Of a stretch of DNA of 64,000 nucleotides, positions 62,052 through 64,000 are shown in pieces (position 1 is the first letter of the stretch; every line of letters starts with the position of its first letter). Position numbers and translations under genes: made by a program. This DNA comes from Octopus vulgaris (taxonomy: Eukaryota), in contig OX597823.1 of assembly GCA_951406725.2 (NCBI GenBank), forward strand, positions 36,208,001-36,272,000. Reading direction: 5' to 3'. The notes beneath the pieces were generated by a model, which was given only the letters and a program-made list of their open reading frames with translations, made no database searches and was not told where the DNA came from.

Positions 62052-62350
62052 ACAAGATCCGATTTTTCTGTCATAAATTCGGGTAAAATGGATATATATT
62101 GATTTTTTTCCCTGTAATCCCACGTTTTTGGTTATGGGGGATCCGATTCTGGAAAAGAAATTTCCAAAAATCGCATTTTCAAAGTTTCATTATGTTATTG
62201 CAGTTTTGTGAAATTTTGTAAATGCAATTTTTGAAAAAAATTTTTTTAGAATCAGATCCTCCGTAACCAAAAACATGGGTTTCCCTAAAAAAAAAAAAGA
62301 ATCTATATATCCATTTTACCCGAAGTTATGACGGAAAAATCGGATCTTGT
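62052..62350. repeat. ~300-bp imperfect palindrome (foldback/MITE-like)
   Basis: ACAAGATCCGATTTTTCTGTCATAAATTCGGGTAAAATGGATATATA... pairs with ...TATATATCCATTTTACCCGAAGTTATGACGGAAAAATCGGATCTTGT. Arms are about 105 bp. Confidence 0.85.
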
Positions 62351-62981
62351 GAACCAATTTTACTGTTGCACTCTTTTGTACTCAGATTACATTGCACACC
62401 CAATGCACCAGAGCATGTTCCATGTTGCCTAGTTAAACCTCTAACCAAAGGTTTTCCAGCACTGACCTCATCTTATTTCATTCAGATAAACTTTCATTTT
62501 TAAAGTTGTAGGTTATGATTTGAGTGGGATTTCTAGCAAGTCAAGTAACCACCTAGAATCCTTTCTTGGTTTGTTACTGCTTGTGGTTCATTTCCACAAA
62601 CATTCTAGCTATTTTCCATACATAGACGGTGATGATGAGAGGATATTCTTTTTTAACTCCAGCAATTTCCTAAATAAACCCTATCCTTAAAGATTAATTT
62701 AGGAGCTAAACTTTATGGCAAATACTTTCTATCGATAGTAACATCAATAACACAAGTTATAAAGTATCAGCTACATTTAAATGCCACTCTGTGATAATAA
62801 ATTTTTGTTTTACACATATGGCACGGGCATGTGGAATGTGTAGGACAATGAAATGGTTGAAGATTCTTCCATTGGGCAAGTATTTACTGCTATAGGTTTA
62901 AACTGACCAAAAGCTTATGAGTGGATTTCGTAGGGTGTGTGTATATGTATATATATATGTTTATGTATATATGTATGTTAT

Positions 62982-63245
62982 CGCCACAGATGGAGGAAGC
63001 AGGTTAAGGAGGGGGTTGACACTTTTGTGAGAGCACGTATTGGCATGAAGAACTTAAGTATGCTGCTCGAAAGCGCACTGCTGGTGTAGTGAATGAGGAA
63101 AGCTTGGTTTGCAATGTTTGCAGTCATGTATGCTTGTCAAGAGCAGGGCTCATTAGCCACCAGTGGATCTGCAAATACAAAATATAAGTTTGTCCTGAAG
63201 GTCAGCAGTGGTCTTCTTCAATCACGAGTGGATGGCCATCATCAT
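62982..63245 (+). mobile_element. RTE-clade LINE 3' end (third family) with C-terminal zinc finger
   Basis: RHRWRKQVKEG...LVCNVCSHVCLSRAGLISHQWICKYKI*, a short 3' UTR and a (CAT)n tail. Confidence 0.75.
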
Positions 63246-63294
63246 GTATGTATATATATATATATGTATGAATATGTATGTATATGTATGTATG

Positions 63295-63344
<50 letters not shown>

Positions 63345-63720
63345 GGCATAGGAGTGGTTGTGTGGTAAGTAGCTTGCTTATGAACCACATGGTTCTGGGT
63401 TCAGTCCCACTGCGTGGCACCTTGGGTAAGTGTCTTCTACTATAGCCTCGGGCCGACCAAAGCCTTGTGAGTGGATTTGGTAGACGGAAACTGAAAGAAG
63501 CCCGTTGTATATATGTATATATGTGTGTGTCTGTGTTTGTCCCCCCAACATCGCTTGACAACCGATGCTGGTGTGTTTATGTCCCCGTAACTTAGCGGTT
63601 CGGCAAAAGAGACCGATAGAATAAGTACAAGGCTTACAAAGTATAAGTCCTGGGGTCGATTTGCTTGACTAAAGGTGGTGCTCCAAGTAAAAGTGAAACA
63701 AGTAAAAGAGAGTAAAGAGT
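63345..63720 (+). mobile_element. SINE family A, near full length
   Basis: High identity to 39528-39948. Confidence 0.9.
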
Positions 63721-63780
63721 ATATGTATGTAAGCATGTATATATATATATACACATACACATATATATGTATGTATGTAT

Positions 63781-63978
63781 GGCGCCTGTGCGGGTGGCAT
63801 GTAAAAAGCACCCACTACACTCGCGGAGTGGTTGGTGTTAGGAAGGGCATCCAGCCATAGAAACACTGCCAGATCAGACTGGGCCTGATGCAGCCTTCTG
63901 GCTTCACAGACCCCAGTTGAACCGTCCAACCCATGCTAGCATGGAAAGCGGATGCTAAATGATGATGATGATGATGAT
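63781..63978 (+). mobile_element. RTE 3'-UTR terminal fragment with (ATG)n tail
   Basis: Nearly identical to 15752-15908. Confidence 0.85.
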
Positions 63979-64000
63979 ATATAGGTGCATGGCTCAGTGG

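Noticed and set aside
62386-62505. Candidate ATP5PD exon 2 after a pyrimidine tract + CAG
   Set aside because: It is in phase but translates to KLHCTPNAPEHVPCCLV..., lacking the expected LPE.PP.IDW..Y motif. The true exon 2 is probably beyond the window.

Overview
AT-rich, repeat-dense eukaryotic DNA. The SINE and RTE repeat repertoire suggests a cephalopod, probably Octopus (inference). Two host genes are read from spliced exons that the ORF track misses or mis-calls. (1) A KCTD2/5/17-family BTB gene on the minus strand: exon 1 at 37519-37319, a 31.8 kb intron, exon 2 at 5512-5404, and the rest off the left edge. (2) ATP synthase subunit d (ATP5PD/ATP5H) on the plus strand: first coding exon at 59312-59433, with the rest not found in the window. 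The two genes are head-to-head, the arrangement known for human KCTD2 and ATP5PD, here with about 21.8 kb of transposon debris between the start codons. Everything else is decayed mobile DNA: RTE LINEs (several with a PHD-like finger inside the RT region), R4/Dong-like restriction-endonuclease LINEs in TAA microsatellites, a near full-length Tx1/L1-clade LINE with a tandem second copy, CR1-like, Penelope, Gypsy, mariner/Tc1, an internally deleted Helitron, a Merlin (IS1016-like) element, MITEs/foldbacks, three tRNA-SINE families and microsatellites. No CRISPR, rRNA or genuine tRNA gene was found. All family assignments come from motif recognition by eye, not database searches, and TE boundaries are approximate.
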